IMG/VR virus record: IMGVR_UViG_3300020045_003717
Coordinates: 1 to 31,212 of that record
Source: a virus
Taxonomy: Duplodnaviria > Caudoviricetes
Length of the DNA stretch: 31,212 nucleotides
Reading direction: 5' to 3' (one strand)
The notes below the pieces were generated by a model. That model did not search any database, was not told where the DNA came from, and saw only the letters and a program-made list of their open reading frames with translations. Shown here piece by piece: positions 1-9,949 of this stretch (its first letter is position 1; each line of letters opens with the position of its first letter). Both the position numbers and the translations under genes were made by a program.

Positions 1-2
1 AA

Positions 3-407
3 GAAGTCAAATCAGTTACTAAGACGTTACGAAACTTTAAAGACTGGGAAAGTGTAAAAAATGTTTTTGAAACGTGCTTTAAAATTGATGCGTTAACTTT
101 TTGGAACGGTTCGATAGTAGATTATTTTCAGGCTAAGAATTACATAGTAAAAACCTTTAACGATTTACTTGAACGTGAACAAAAATTATTACAAAGTATC
201 TCAAAGGATTCTGTTTTATGGGAAGCTGCCGGAGGTAAACGATTAGATAAATTTAGCGATGTATTACCCCTTAATCAATTAGGGAAAATATACGGGATTT
301 ATCCTTTTGAATTAAAAGACTATTTGTATGAAGAAATTTTATTGCTTCTTACAATTGAGACGGTGCAAAATCAGGTTGAAAATAAATTTAACGAACTAAA
401 AAAATAA
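3..407 (+). CDS. 5'-truncated phage hypothetical protein (possible tail assembly chaperone)
   Basis: Open frame from position 3 (EVKSVTKTLRNFKDW...WEAAGGKRLDKF...NELKK*); its TAA at 405-407 overlaps the ATG at 407. Not in the ORF track. Function is inferred from context only. Confidence 0.75.
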   Translation, partial: EVKSVTKTLRNFKDWESVKNVFETCFKIDALTFWNGSIVDYFQAKNYIVKTFNDLLEREQKLLQSISKDSVLWEAAGGKRLDKFSDVLPLNQLGKIYGIYPFELKDYLYEEILLLLTIETVQNQVENKFNELKK

Positions 408-853
408 TGGATTTAGTCAGAGTTTTAGAAACGTATTGCGCGGCAAATAACATTGAGTTTATGTATGGCAGTAAAAGTCATTTAAACTTATTAGAAAGCG
501 AGATCACCGGCGAGAAAGTACACTTGTTATTATTCCCGGTTAGACGATCAACAGAAACAAACGATTACAGCACCGCAATAAAAGCGAATGTTTATAAAGG
601 CAATTTCTTTTTAGTGGTTGCGTCAAATTTAGACCAGCATTATTTCAACGAGAAAGAACAACCACAAGCAACAAGTAAATATACAACCAATATTGAACCG
701 TTAATTACTAAATGGCAAGCGTTGGAAAATTATTTGCTTGGATGCGGTCAGGAATTAGAAGTATCTCAATGGGAAAACATAGACGCTATTGACGTACTTG
801 ACGCGAATAAGGATGGTTTATGGTGTACTTATTCAATTAAACAAGATGTATGA
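407..853 (+). CDS. Putative tail completion/terminator-like protein
   Basis: 148 aa, translationally coupled, in the tail module; function from size and position only. Confidence 0.45.
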   Translation: MDLVRVLETYCAANNIEFMYGSKSHLNLLESEITGEKVHLLLFPVRRSTETNDYSTAIKANVYKGNFFLVVASNLDQHYFNEKEQPQATSKYTTNIEPLITKWQALENYLLGCGQELEVSQWENIDAIDVLDANKDGLWCTYSIKQDV

Positions 854-912
854 TAAGTATCATAGTTATAATATTAATTATACTAACGATAGCACACTTT
901 GAAAACAAATGA
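850..912 (+). CDS. 20-aa hydrophobic micro-protein MISIIVIILIILTIAHFENK
   Basis: ATGA overlap with the upstream stop (850-853) and with the downstream start (909-912); fills the gap exactly. Confidence 0.55.
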   Translation: MISIIVIILIILTIAHFENK

Positions 913-1373
913 GTAAAGAAATCCTATCAACAGAATTTGAGTTCCTTAAAGCTGATTTAATCGAGGCTTACGATGCTAAAGGGATGCGTTCGAGCGGTGC
1001 TTGGGCGGATGCATTGGAAGTGGAATCAGAAATAAACCGAGTTGTGTTATGGGGTTTAGAATACTCGCAACAACTTGAAACAGGAAGGCAACCGGGAAAG
1101 CAACCGCCGACAAGCGTTATTGAAAAATGGATTTATGACAAAGGGATTGCAAACCAAATACAAGGCGAGATAACTGTTAGCAGTTTGGCTTTTTTGATAG
1201 CGCGTAAGATTGGGCGCGAAGGTTGGAAGCGTGAGGAATACGGAGGTGTTGAATTGATAAGCGAAATAGTGACAGAGCAAAGATTACAAAAGATAATAGA
1301 CCAAGTTGGTGAAGTGAAATTGATAGAATATAGTACGGAAATATTTAACCTAATAAATGAAATGGCAGTATGA
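909..1373 (+). CDS. Virion morphogenesis / HK97 gp10-like tail-neck component
   Basis: Motif ETGRxPGKxPP...IEKWI..KGI...LAFLIARKIGREG typical of phage neck/tail-completion proteins. Confidence 0.55.
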   Translation: MSKEILSTEFEFLKADLIEAYDAKGMRSSGAWADALEVESEINRVVLWGLEYSQQLETGRQPGKQPPTSVIEKWIYDKGIANQIQGEITVSSLAFLIARKIGREGWKREEYGGVELISEIVTEQRLQKIIDQVGEVKLIEYSTEIFNLINEMAV

Positions 1374-2491
1374 TAAATTTTAGCACAAGTGTAGCTGAGG
1401 ACAAGTGGTTATTTAGCGAAAATAACAAAATATTTGAGTTCAAAAGCGATTCAATTAAAACGCCCTTATACTGTGACGTTACATTCTTGACAACTTCAAT
1501 AAAATTATATCCACATCCAAGCGGTTCATTTTGGGTAAACCTTAAAACCTATCTGTCAGTTCAGTTAAACAGCTATGCGGATAACTTAGACTTTTCAACC
1601 ATTAATGAATTAGGCGTTAACACGTTTGTATTTGACTGGTCAAGGGTTTTTATTAATGAAACAATCACTTTTACAATCACTTTTACAGACTTAACGACTG
1701 AATCCGCAACCAAAACACCTAAAATATTATTAGGCGGTGAAGATTTAAGAGCGTATAAACGAGGTGAAACGATTAAAGACCTTGTAAATCCAATACTTTC
1801 ACCACTAAAAAAAGGAACACAAAACCGTTTTTATCTTAAATATTGGGATGGTTATCCATTTGACTTTACTTATGCGAGTGCTGAGGCGCAAACAATCACC
1901 AATAATACCACCTTAAACGTTACACCGACAATCACAATGCCAGCAACAGTTAATAGAATTGTGCTGAGTGACGGTGATTTCGATATATCAGACGCAAACT
2001 TCTTGCCTATTGTAATCGGTTATAATGAACTGCAATTTATTAACAGTACTTTCTTAGACCTTTGGAAAATTGAAAGCGGTTGCGGGGTTTATTTGAAGTT
2101 CTTAAACAATTCGGGAGGCTTTAACTATTGGTTATTTAACGAACAGCACGAAAGTAAACTGACAAGCAAAAGTATAGGCACAATCAATAATGATTTTTTT
2201 AATATAGAAAATACTTATAGTCCTGAAATAAGTTTAGGCCGTACATCAAATGAAGTATTGACAATCGGAGTTGACAGTCTAAACGCTGACGATATAAACG
2301 TATTATCTCAGATTGCTTCAAGTCCTAAAATCTATTTGTTTACAGGGCAAAGATTTTCAAGGAGTTCATTTAATGATTGGATTGAAATAGAACTTGAAAA
2401 CAAAGAAATAGTTTTAAGAGATTTCAAAGGACACGTGCCAAATATCACATTGACAATTAAACTACCAGAACAACAAAACGTAAGACTATGA
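1370..2491 (+). CDS. Minor tail / baseplate (distal-tail-like) protein
   Basis: 373 aa beta-rich; YLKFLNxxGGFNYWLF motif recognisable from Bacteroidota phage tail proteins; ATGA-coupled. Confidence 0.6.
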   Translation: MINFSTSVAEDKWLFSENNKIFEFKSDSIKTPLYCDVTFLTTSIKLYPHPSGSFWVNLKTYLSVQLNSYADNLDFSTINELGVNTFVFDWSRVFINETITFTITFTDLTTESATKTPKILLGGEDLRAYKRGETIKDLVNPILSPLKKGTQNRFYLKYWDGYPFDFTYASAEAQTITNNTTLNVTPTITMPATVNRIVLSDGDFDISDANFLPIVIGYNELQFINSTFLDLWKIESGCGVYLKFLNNSGGFNYWLFNEQHESKLTSKSIGTINNDFFNIENTYSPEISLGRTSNEVLTIGVDSLNADDINVLSQIASSPKIYLFTGQRFSRSSFNDWIEIELENKEIVLRDFKGHVPNITLTIKLPEQQNVRL

Positions 2492-4371
2492 TATTATACA
2501 TCAATAATGTTAAAATAGATTTACCGGACGGATTCACTATTGCACGCACAAAGCAAGTGAATGAGATTGGGCGTTTGGATAACAGACAAAGTAATTTGAC
2601 GCATAAAATTAAACTACCTAAAACCAAAAACAATATTATAGCGTTTAGATATTTAGGCGAGCAAGGCAGTACATCGTTAATCCCTTACCAAAGAAATACA
2701 GCGCAACTCTATAATGAGGTTGGCGAGTGTGAAATTTATAACGGCTGGGCAGTTGTTGAAAATACAAACGATTATTATGAAGTAGTAATTTATGACGGCT
2801 ATGTTGAATTTTCAAAAGAGATTGAGAATAAAAATTTAACCGACTTAGGAATCTCAGAATTAAACCATACCAAAACTTTAACCAATGTTCAAAATAGTTG
2901 GTTGCCTGGAAGTAATTATAAATACATTTTAGCAGATTACAACGGTAAGGTATTTTATACAAACGCAACCGTTGAAACATTGAATATTGATTATTTAGTC
3001 CCAAGCGTAAGTGTAGCGTATTTGTGGAATAAGATTGCAACATTTTTCGGTTATACATTTAGCGGCTCAGTATTTTCATTACCAGAGTTTACAAGTTTGT
3101 ATATGACCTTTCCAAAAGGTTTAAGCAATTCCGCATTAGTGCCGGAACTGTTTTACACTTCAACAGGATTCAATACCTTAAGCGAATTTGAAACAAACGC
3201 ATATTTATCACACGTTGCACCCGTAACAACTTTAGGGAGTTTCTTACCTAATAACAGCGGACTGACAATTGATAGAACAGGCGCGTATTTATTCAATACA
3301 ACCGGAACTATTTTAGCTGAGTTAGAAGATCAATATGGAACGCTTTATTATGATATGGTAATGAGCGCATACATCGTTATTAATCCGGCCAATACTACAA
3401 GCGAACCAATAGTAATGACCTCTCTTTATGACAATACCTTGCTTCAATTAGATAGCGGCGATGTTATTTATTTGTATGTAAGTTATGGAGGCGGTCAATA
3501 TGTAAGCATCCAAAATTTAGATTTAACAGATTTAAATGTTACTTATTCATTTGTCGAAGGTGATGTGATAGATTTTGAATCGGCTTTAATTGACTTCAAA
3601 GTAAAAGATTTTATAAATGAAATCCTTTGGCGGTTTGGCCTTACCCCTTTTAAGAATAAATACAATAAATCAATAGAGTTTTTAACCTTTAACGAGTGGT
3701 TTAATAATACTGAATACGTTGATTTGACCGATAGATTTGTAAGAACTATAAATGAAAACTATCAGTATTCAAATTATGCTCAAAATAATCTATTGAAATT
3801 CAAATACAATGACGATGAAAGCGACCATAAAGACGGCGCAATCACTATTGATAATGTGAATTTAGATGAGACCGTAAGTATAATCAACTCTAAAATTTAC
3901 GCGCCAAACAAAGAACGCTCAACTATTTTTACTGAGTTGTTTAATGTTTACCCTTTGTGGGATAAAGAAGCAAATGAGAAAGACGGTGCAATTGAGGTTA
4001 AGTACAAATCAAAAGACAAACGATTCTATTTTTTAAAGTCAATAGATAAAGTTTATACAAGTTTTGCAATCGGTAGTGAATCTCTATCGGATGCAACAAC
4101 CATTACAAACATCCCGGTTGAATCATTTACACAAATGTCGTTTGGTGATGTGGTGCAAAATTATTACATCCCAATTTATAACGTGCTGAATGAGTTTAAA
4201 ATTATGACCGTTGAGTTACGTTTAGATGACAGCTTCATTGCAAATTTAGATTTGAGAAAGCGGGTTTACATCAAACAGTTAGCGAGTTGGTTTGTGATAA
4301 ATAAAATACCAAACTATTTAAGAAAAGGAATTTACAAAATTGAACTAATCCAAGTGAAAAATAATGGCTAA
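2488..4371 (+). CDS. Tail tip / baseplate hub-like protein
   Basis: 627 aa; N-terminal LYINNxKIDL...KIKLPKTKNN motif; directly upstream of the tape measure gene. Confidence 0.65.
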   Translation: MILYINNVKIDLPDGFTIARTKQVNEIGRLDNRQSNLTHKIKLPKTKNNIIAFRYLGEQGSTSLIPYQRNTAQLYNEVGECEIYNGWAVVENTNDYYEVVIYDGYVEFSKEIENKNLTDLGISELNHTKTLTNVQNSWLPGSNYKYILADYNGKVFYTNATVETLNIDYLVPSVSVAYLWNKIATFFGYTFSGSVFSLPEFTSLYMTFPKGLSNSALVPELFYTSTGFNTLSEFETNAYLSHVAPVTTLGSFLPNNSGLTIDRTGAYLFNTTGTILAELEDQYGTLYYDMVMSAYIVINPANTTSEPIVMTSLYDNTLLQLDSGDVIYLYVSYGGGQYVSIQNLDLTDLNVTYSFVEGDVIDFESALIDFKVKDFINEILWRFGLTPFKNKYNKSIEFLTFNEWFNNTEYVDLTDRFVRTINENYQYSNYAQNNLLKFKYNDDESDHKDGAITIDNVNLDETVSIINSKIYAPNKERSTIFTELFNVYPLWDKEANEKDGAIEVKYKSKDKRFYFLKSIDKVYTSFAIGSESLSDATTITNIPVESFTQMSFGDVVQNYYIPIYNVLNEFKIMTVELRLDDSFIANLDLRKRVYIKQLASWFVINKIPNYLRKGIYKIELIQVKNNG

Positions 4372-7075
4372 AATAAAGATTGCAGAATTAGAGATAGACG
4401 ACAAAGCGTTGATTAAATCAACAAGCGATGTGAAGAAAGCAATTGACGAACTGAAAGCGGCGCAGAAAAGTTTGACGGCTGAGGGCGACACAAACTCAAA
4501 AGCCTATGTTAAAAACGCCGCCGATTTAAAGGTTTTAAATTCCGCCTATTCCGGTAACATTAAAGCACTTGCAGAAAGGACACAAGCAACCGTTGACGCA
4601 ACAAACAGAAACGAGTTAATGTCGTTAGCGTTGAATGAAGAAGTAATGTCAATTCAAATGGCACGAGATCAAAACAAGATACTCAATAAGATACGAAATG
4701 AAACCAATACGCTAACGGCGGAGGGTCGCGCTGAAATAGAACTGTTAAACAAGAAATTAGATTCAAATAACGAGTACATAAAAGAGAATGCAGATGCGTA
4801 TTTAAAGCAAAAAATAAATATTGGGAATTACAAAGAATCAATAATTGATGCTTTAAGTGCTCTAAATCCATTAAATACAAGTATGGGAGGGTTTTCTGAG
4901 AGAGCAAAAGATGCTGGGGGTGCGGGAAATTTATTTAAAACTACTTTAGGTGGAGTTATTTCGGGTATCTGGGGAATGATTAAAGCAAGTTTAGCCTTTA
5001 TAGCAACCCCAATAGGCGCGGTTATAGCGGCGGTAGCGGCGGTTTTCTTTACTTTATACAGCGTATTCAAGAACTTTCAACCGATATTAGATAAAGTTGA
5101 ACAAGGATTCGCCGCTTTAGGTGCGGTTTTAAATGTAATCAAGACCACAATTGTAGCGGTTGCAACCGGCGCAAAAGATTTAGGCTCTATATTCTCAGGG
5201 TTGGGCGGTGAAATGAAGAAAGCGGCGGCTGAGGCGGTGGCATTTACAAAGGCGCAACAAGATTTAGACGATGCTTTAGAGAAACAAGAGATTACATCCG
5301 CAAGAAATAGGGCGGAAATCGAACGATTAAACACGTTGGCAAAGGATAGAACCAAAACAGACGAAGAAAGAATCGCATTATTAAAGAAAGCTGAGGATAT
5401 TGAAACGGCAGACTACAACCAAAGGTTAAAAAATGCCAAAGAAGAAGAAAGAATCACGCTTCAAAAAATTAAAAGCGCGGCTAAATTAAACGATGCTGAA
5501 TACGCTCAGTTGGTTAAAAGTGGATTTGATTATAAAGAAACGGCAGAGGGCAAAGGTATGGCCGCCGATGAACTGTTTACCAAACTAAAAGAGAATCAGG
5601 TTAAGTTGGCCGGATTAGACCAACAGTACAATGTGAATCTTGAAAAAGGTATCAACAAACAAAACAAGTTGATTGAGGATGCAGCGGCTGAAAGAGAAAA
5701 GGCACAAGCGTTGGCAATCGAAAACGCAAGTAAAGCACTTGACTTAGCGATTGAAAAGAATCAAACTGAATTAGATTTATTTATAGCACAACAAGGGTAT
5801 AAAAAAATGTCATTGAATGATGAGTTGACATTCTCAAAATCTATAATGGAAAAAGAACTTGCAAACTTAAATTTTCTGTATAAGAAAAAACAAGTGAGTG
5901 AGTTGGAATACCAAACGCAAAAACTTGAAATACTAAACGCATTTGCACAAACACAAGCGGAAATTGCAGTCGAGGCGGCTGGTATTGAATTACAAAACCA
6001 TATAGATAAAAACAAGACTTTACTTGAAAATAATAAATTCCTTTCAGACGATTTATACTTACAAGAAGTTGCGAGGTTAGATGCTTTAAAACAAGCTGAG
6101 GACGAATTTCAATTAGCTAAATTAACTGAGGGCGTTATTAATTTGCAAGAATATGACGCGGCTATTACTGCAATTGACGCTGAAAACTTAAAGAAGAAAC
6201 AAGATTTAGAAACCCAACGAAAAGACGCTGAAAAAGAGCGTAAACTAATTGACCTTGAAAACGAACGCGTTTTAGCTGATGAAAGTTTTATCGCTGAGGC
6301 AGAAATAAGAAGCGCACAATTAGAAGAAAAGCGATTACAAGAGGTTGAAAATGCTGAAAAGACTGGGGCGGATATTGATTTAATAAACCAAAAATATGCT
6401 AAGGCTCAAAAGGATATAGATAAAAGTGTTGCGGATTATAAGTTAAGTCAATATAAAGAAACTTTTAAAATGATAGCTGGTTTATTTGGCCAACAAACAT
6501 TGATAGGAAAAGCGGCGGCAATCGCGGAAGTAGGTATAACCACTTATCAAACAGCAAGTAAATTGTTTCATATAGGCTCGGTAGAAGCGGCTTTAGCAGC
6601 AGCTAGCGCAGCTTCTTTAAATCCAATTGGCGCAGCGCAACATACCGTAGCCGCTGTAATAGCAAAAATTCAAGGCGGTTTAACTATCGCGTCAGGTGCG
6701 GCAACGGCGGCTAAAATAGCGGGCGTTAAATTTGAAAAAGGCGGTATTCAGGAAATAGGCGGTAAAAGTCACTCACAAGGCGGCACTAAATTTTATGGTG
6801 AAGATGGCACAATGTTCGAGGCTCAAAGCGGCGAAGGTATCGGAATATTAAACCGTTCCGCTTATGCTGGGTTTATGGATTTTAACAATTCATTTAACGG
6901 CGGTCAATCAGGTAACGGCAAGTTTGCGGGCGGTGGAATCATAACACAAGGCGTTAGACCAAACAACGATAACATCGCGCAAGCATTACAACAATTGAAT
7001 ATAATGGTAGCAGTTGAGGACATTAACAGAGGTCAAGGCAGTTACGCAAAAGTTATTGAAGGTGCTAACAGTTAA
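4364..7075 (+). CDS. Tail tape measure protein
   Basis: 903 aa, Ala/Lys/Glu-rich coiled coil, hydrophobic segment (PIGAVIAAVAAVFFTLY), C-terminal FEKGG...GGKSHSQGG motif. Confidence 0.8.
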   Translation: MAKIKIAELEIDDKALIKSTSDVKKAIDELKAAQKSLTAEGDTNSKAYVKNAADLKVLNSAYSGNIKALAERTQATVDATNRNELMSLALNEEVMSIQMARDQNKILNKIRNETNTLTAEGRAEIELLNKKLDSNNEYIKENADAYLKQKINIGNYKESIIDALSALNPLNTSMGGFSERAKDAGGAGNLFKTTLGGVISGIWGMIKASLAFIATPIGAVIAAVAAVFFTLYSVFKNFQPILDKVEQGFAALGAVLNVIKTTIVAVATGAKDLGSIFSGLGGEMKKAAAEAVAFTKAQQDLDDALEKQEITSARNRAEIERLNTLAKDRTKTDEERIALLKKAEDIETADYNQRLKNAKEEERITLQKIKSAAKLNDAEYAQLVKSGFDYKETAEGKGMAADELFTKLKENQVKLAGLDQQYNVNLEKGINKQNKLIEDAAAEREKAQALAIENASKALDLAIEKNQTELDLFIAQQGYKKMSLNDELTFSKSIMEKELANLNFLYKKKQVSELEYQTQKLEILNAFAQTQAEIAVEAAGIELQNHIDKNKTLLENNKFLSDDLYLQEVARLDALKQAEDEFQLAKLTEGVINLQEYDAAITAIDAENLKKKQDLETQRKDAEKERKLIDLENERVLADESFIAEAEIRSAQLEEKRLQEVENAEKTGADIDLINQKYAKAQKDIDKSVADYKLSQYKETFKMIAGLFGQQTLIGKAAAIAEVGITTYQTASKLFHIGSVEAALAAASAASLNPIGAAQHTVAAVIAKIQGGLTIASGAATAAKIAGVKFEKGGIQEIGGKSHSQGGTKFYGEDGTMFEAQSGEGIGILNRSAYAGFMDFNNSFNGGQSGNGKFAGGGIITQGVRPNNDNIAQALQQLNIMVAVEDINRGQGSYAKVIEGANS

Positions 7076-7307
7076 ATTTATTTTAGAAGGTTGGCAAAAC
7101 TACATGGATAAATCAGAGGTGGTTGAAAGTGTAGCGAAAAAACGTGCAAAGATTTGTTCCGGGTGTGAACATATAAGGCACGGTAAAATATTAGCTTTTA
7201 TCAAAGACGATCTAAAAGAAATTGAAGGGTGTTATTGCAATATCTGTAAATGTCCTTCAAGCGCACTATTGCGAAGTACTAAACCCTGTGAACTAAATAA
7301 ATGGTAG
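7062..7307 (+). CDS. Small Cys-rich putative zinc-binding protein
   Basis: RAKICSGC...CNICKCP...PCELNKW. The in-frame GTG at 7062 is preferred over the track start at 7014 because it overlaps the tape measure gene less. Confidence 0.65.
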   Translation: MLTVKFILEGWQNYMDKSEVVESVAKKRAKICSGCEHIRHGKILAFIKDDLKEIEGCYCNICKCPSSALLRSTKPCELNKW

Positions 7308-7561
7308 AAACAATTATTGAAACAGAATCCCGCTATGAACAACTGTTAAAAATTGATTTATTAATGTTGGTAAGACGCGGATTTGTTCCCGTGCATTTGA
7401 TGGATTGGAAACAAATTTACGAGACTTATTTAAGAGAGTTACAAGACGCTAAAAAAAACAAGACAGTTGGTAGTGTCGGTGTAGCACAACAAGCAACAGC
7501 AGACGAGTTTAAACTATCGCTGAGGCATATTCAGAATGTTATCAATTATATGACGAATTAA
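7301..7561 (+). CDS. Hypothetical protein with C-terminal HTH-like segment (possible late regulator)
   Basis: QATADEFKLSLRHIQNVI resembles a helix-turn-helix; lies just before the head promoter. Confidence 0.5.
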   Translation: MVETIIETESRYEQLLKIDLLMLVRRGFVPVHLMDWKQIYETYLRELQDAKKNKTVGSVGVAQQATADEFKLSLRHIQNVINYMTN

Positions 7562-7724
7562 TCATATCGTTTAATTCTTTTTCAAACTTTTTATACTCTA
7601 AAGACTGTTCATAGTGGGCGGTCTTTTCTTTTGCTTGGTATTTTGCACGAATATTCCGTCCAATCCTAACAATATTTAAGATAATAGACAATATAAAAAC
7701 ACCAACAAAAAACAATCCTATCAT
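7542..7724 (-). CDS. 60-aa membrane-anchored protein, moron-like
   Basis: N-terminal TM segment (IGLFFVGVFILSIILNIV); opposite strand to the late operon; has its own consensus promoter. Confidence 0.65.
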   Translation of the reverse strand: MIGLFFVGVFILSIILNIVRIGRNIRAKYQAKEKTAHYEQSLEYKKFEKELNDMINSSYN

Positions 7725-7755
7725 TTTATGCAGTAATCAGTTCATATTCAACCAT

Positions 7756-7785
7756 CAAATGTACGATAACTTTGATACATATCAA
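7756..7785 (-). promoter_or_regulatory. Bacteroidota housekeeping-sigma promoter for the 60-aa gene
   Basis: Minus strand reads TTG (7785-7783)-N19-TACATTTG (7763-7756), matching the -33/-7 consensus. Confidence 0.7.
7767..7774 (+). promoter_or_regulatory. -7 element for the head operon
   Basis: TAACTTTG ending 17 nt before the protease ATG; no TTG at the -33 position, so possibly activator-dependent. Confidence 0.55.
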
Positions 7786-7791
7786 TGAATT

Positions 7792-8859
7792 ATGGAGGGA
7801 AATATTTATATAAATGGTTTAATTGGCACGACTTACGATAATAACGGTGTTATTACCGAAAAAGGTGTTGAATTAATTGATATAATTACTCAGGTTAAGG
7901 CTCAAAAAGAGGTAACATCTTTCAATGTATTTATTAATTCACCTGGAGGTGTTGTAGATACAGGATTCGACATTTACAATTACTTAAAATCTTTACAAAT
8001 TCCTATTAATACTATCGGTCAAGGGATGGTTGCTTCAATCGCAACGGTCATTTATATGGCTGGAATGAATAGAATCCTTAAACCAAACACTGAATTTATG
8101 ATACACCTTCCAAGCGGTGGTGTTGAGGGTACATCTGAGGATATAGAATGGTATTTAAGCTACATAAAAGATACTCAAAAGAGAATCATAAAATTTTATG
8201 CAGAAAATACAGGATTAAATGAAGAGGCTTTATTGCCTTTACTTAAAAATGAAACCTTTTTAAGCGTACAACAAGCGTATGAATTAGGATTCTCAAATAC
8301 GCAACCTATTATGGTTGCACCAGTAGCGTATTTTAATTTAAACAACAATGATATGAAACTAAGTGATGATGACAAATCTTGGGTTGAAAAGCAATTCAAG
8401 ACAATTCTAAACACTTTTAAATCTAAAGCTAAAATGCTCTTGGTTCAGGATGCTAACGGTGTGGAGATTGACTTCACCGACTTAGAAGATGGGCAAGAGA
8501 TTGTAGTTGATTTAAAAGCAACTGTGGACGGCGCGCCTGCAGAAGGTGAGTTTGTAATGCCAAGCGGTGAAACGTATGTTTTCGCTGGCGGTGTGCTTAC
8601 AGAAATTAAAGCCGTTGAAGGTGATGATACCACCGCTTTACAAGAAGAAATTGCACAATTGAAAGAGCAATTAGCAGCGCAAACAACCGCAAAGTTAGAC
8701 GCGGAAAATGAAACTGTTGCACAAAAAGCAATTGTTGCAAAATTTGAAAAAGAAGTAAAAGATTTTAAGGCTCAAATCACATCAAAATTTGATTTGGACG
8801 GAAAGAAAGACAATGAAGGAGAAGTAGTATTAACCAAAAGAACATTTTTAAAAGTATAA
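7792..8859 (+). CDS. ClpP-like prohead maturation protease fused to C-terminal scaffold-like region
   Basis: INSPGG, ASIATVI (catalytic Ser) and MIHLP (His) motifs; acidic coiled-coil C-terminus; precedes the capsid gene. Confidence 0.9.
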   Translation: MEGNIYINGLIGTTYDNNGVITEKGVELIDIITQVKAQKEVTSFNVFINSPGGVVDTGFDIYNYLKSLQIPINTIGQGMVASIATVIYMAGMNRILKPNTEFMIHLPSGGVEGTSEDIEWYLSYIKDTQKRIIKFYAENTGLNEEALLPLLKNETFLSVQQAYELGFSNTQPIMVAPVAYFNLNNNDMKLSDDDKSWVEKQFKTILNTFKSKAKMLLVQDANGVEIDFTDLEDGQEIVVDLKATVDGAPAEGEFVMPSGETYVFAGGVLTEIKAVEGDDTTALQEEIAQLKEQLAAQTTAKLDAENETVAQKAIVAKFEKEVKDFKAQITSKFDLDGKKDNEGEVVLTKRTFLKV

Positions 8860-8862
8860 CGT

Positions 8863-9915
8863 ATGGCAAGTTTAATTGATGTAGCATTAATGACTCTAAA
8901 CTTAGAGGAGTCCAAAGAGGTCGGAGCATTGATCTTAGAAAAAGCGTTTGTTGAAGGTGAGTTATCATCTGAACACGCAATCGAAACCGGTATTGAACAC
9001 AATACCCAAATCCCTTTTGCTGGGAAAATCTCTGACAGTTTGAAAGCGTCAACAGGATGTACTCCAAACGCCGGAACTGGTGTTGCTTTTTCTGAAAAAG
9101 TATGGAGTCCAAAACTATATGACACACGTTGGGAACATTGCGCTGGTGATGCAAACAAACTATTCAAGTTGTTCCAAAAAGCACAAAGAATGAATCCTGA
9201 TTTTTATAACAGAATTTCAAGTCCTGAAATGGGAGTTATCTATTCTTTGATTGAACAAATGTTGAAAGACACTTTGCCAAACAAAATTTGGTTTAGTGAT
9301 ACAGCCGCCGCCGATATTGCTGGTTTAGGCGTATTTAAAAACGGAACTGATGTTGATTTATACAATGTAATTGACGGTTTATTCAAACAAATCTTTGCAG
9401 ACTTAAACGTTGTTCACGTTCCTATCACAGCTAACGCCGGTGCAACTTACGCTTTACAAGCATTAGGAACTGACGCTGCTCTTGGAATATTTACTGCAAT
9501 GGTAAACGGTGCTGACAGCAGATTGTTAGAAGATGGAACGGCTCAAATTTTAGCCACAAGATCACTTGTTGATAATTACAGAAACACGCTAAGAACAAAA
9601 ACCTTAGGTGCTGGATTTATTGAAATCGTTGAAGGTGGAAAACCTCAATTATATTTTGATGGTTATAAAGTGGTTACAAAATCACAATGGGATAGAACCA
9701 TAAAATCAGTTCAAGATAACGGTACAACTTGGAATTTACCTCATAGAGCAATCTTTACAACTCCTGAGAACATTCCGGTAGGTACATTGTCAAGTGATGA
9801 CTTTGGTAAATTGGATTCATTCTATGACCAATACAGAAAATCAAACGTGATTGATGTTGTTTTCTCTTTGGATGCTAAACATTTAGAATCTTATATGACA
9901 GTAGCCGCTTACTAA
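8863..9915 (+). CDS. Major capsid protein
   Basis: 350 aa directly after the protease/scaffold and followed by a terminator hairpin; size and position typical of an HK97-fold capsid. Confidence 0.8.
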   Translation: MASLIDVALMTLNLEESKEVGALILEKAFVEGELSSEHAIETGIEHNTQIPFAGKISDSLKASTGCTPNAGTGVAFSEKVWSPKLYDTRWEHCAGDANKLFKLFQKAQRMNPDFYNRISSPEMGVIYSLIEQMLKDTLPNKIWFSDTAAADIAGLGVFKNGTDVDLYNVIDGLFKQIFADLNVVHVPITANAGATYALQALGTDAALGIFTAMVNGADSRLLEDGTAQILATRSLVDNYRNTLRTKTLGAGFIEIVEGGKPQLYFDGYKVVTKSQWDRTIKSVQDNGTTWNLPHRAIFTTPENIPVGTLSSDDFGKLDSFYDQYRKSNVIDVVFSLDAKHLESYMTVAAY

Positions 9916-9929
9916 GCGGTTACTTTCTT
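9901..9929 (+). terminator. Intrinsic terminator / stabilising hairpin at the end of the capsid gene
   Basis: GTAGCCGCTT-ACT-AAGCGGTTAC followed by TTTCTT, overlapping the stop codon. Confidence 0.65.
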
Positions 9930-9949
9930 AACCTTAAAAAATTATAGAT

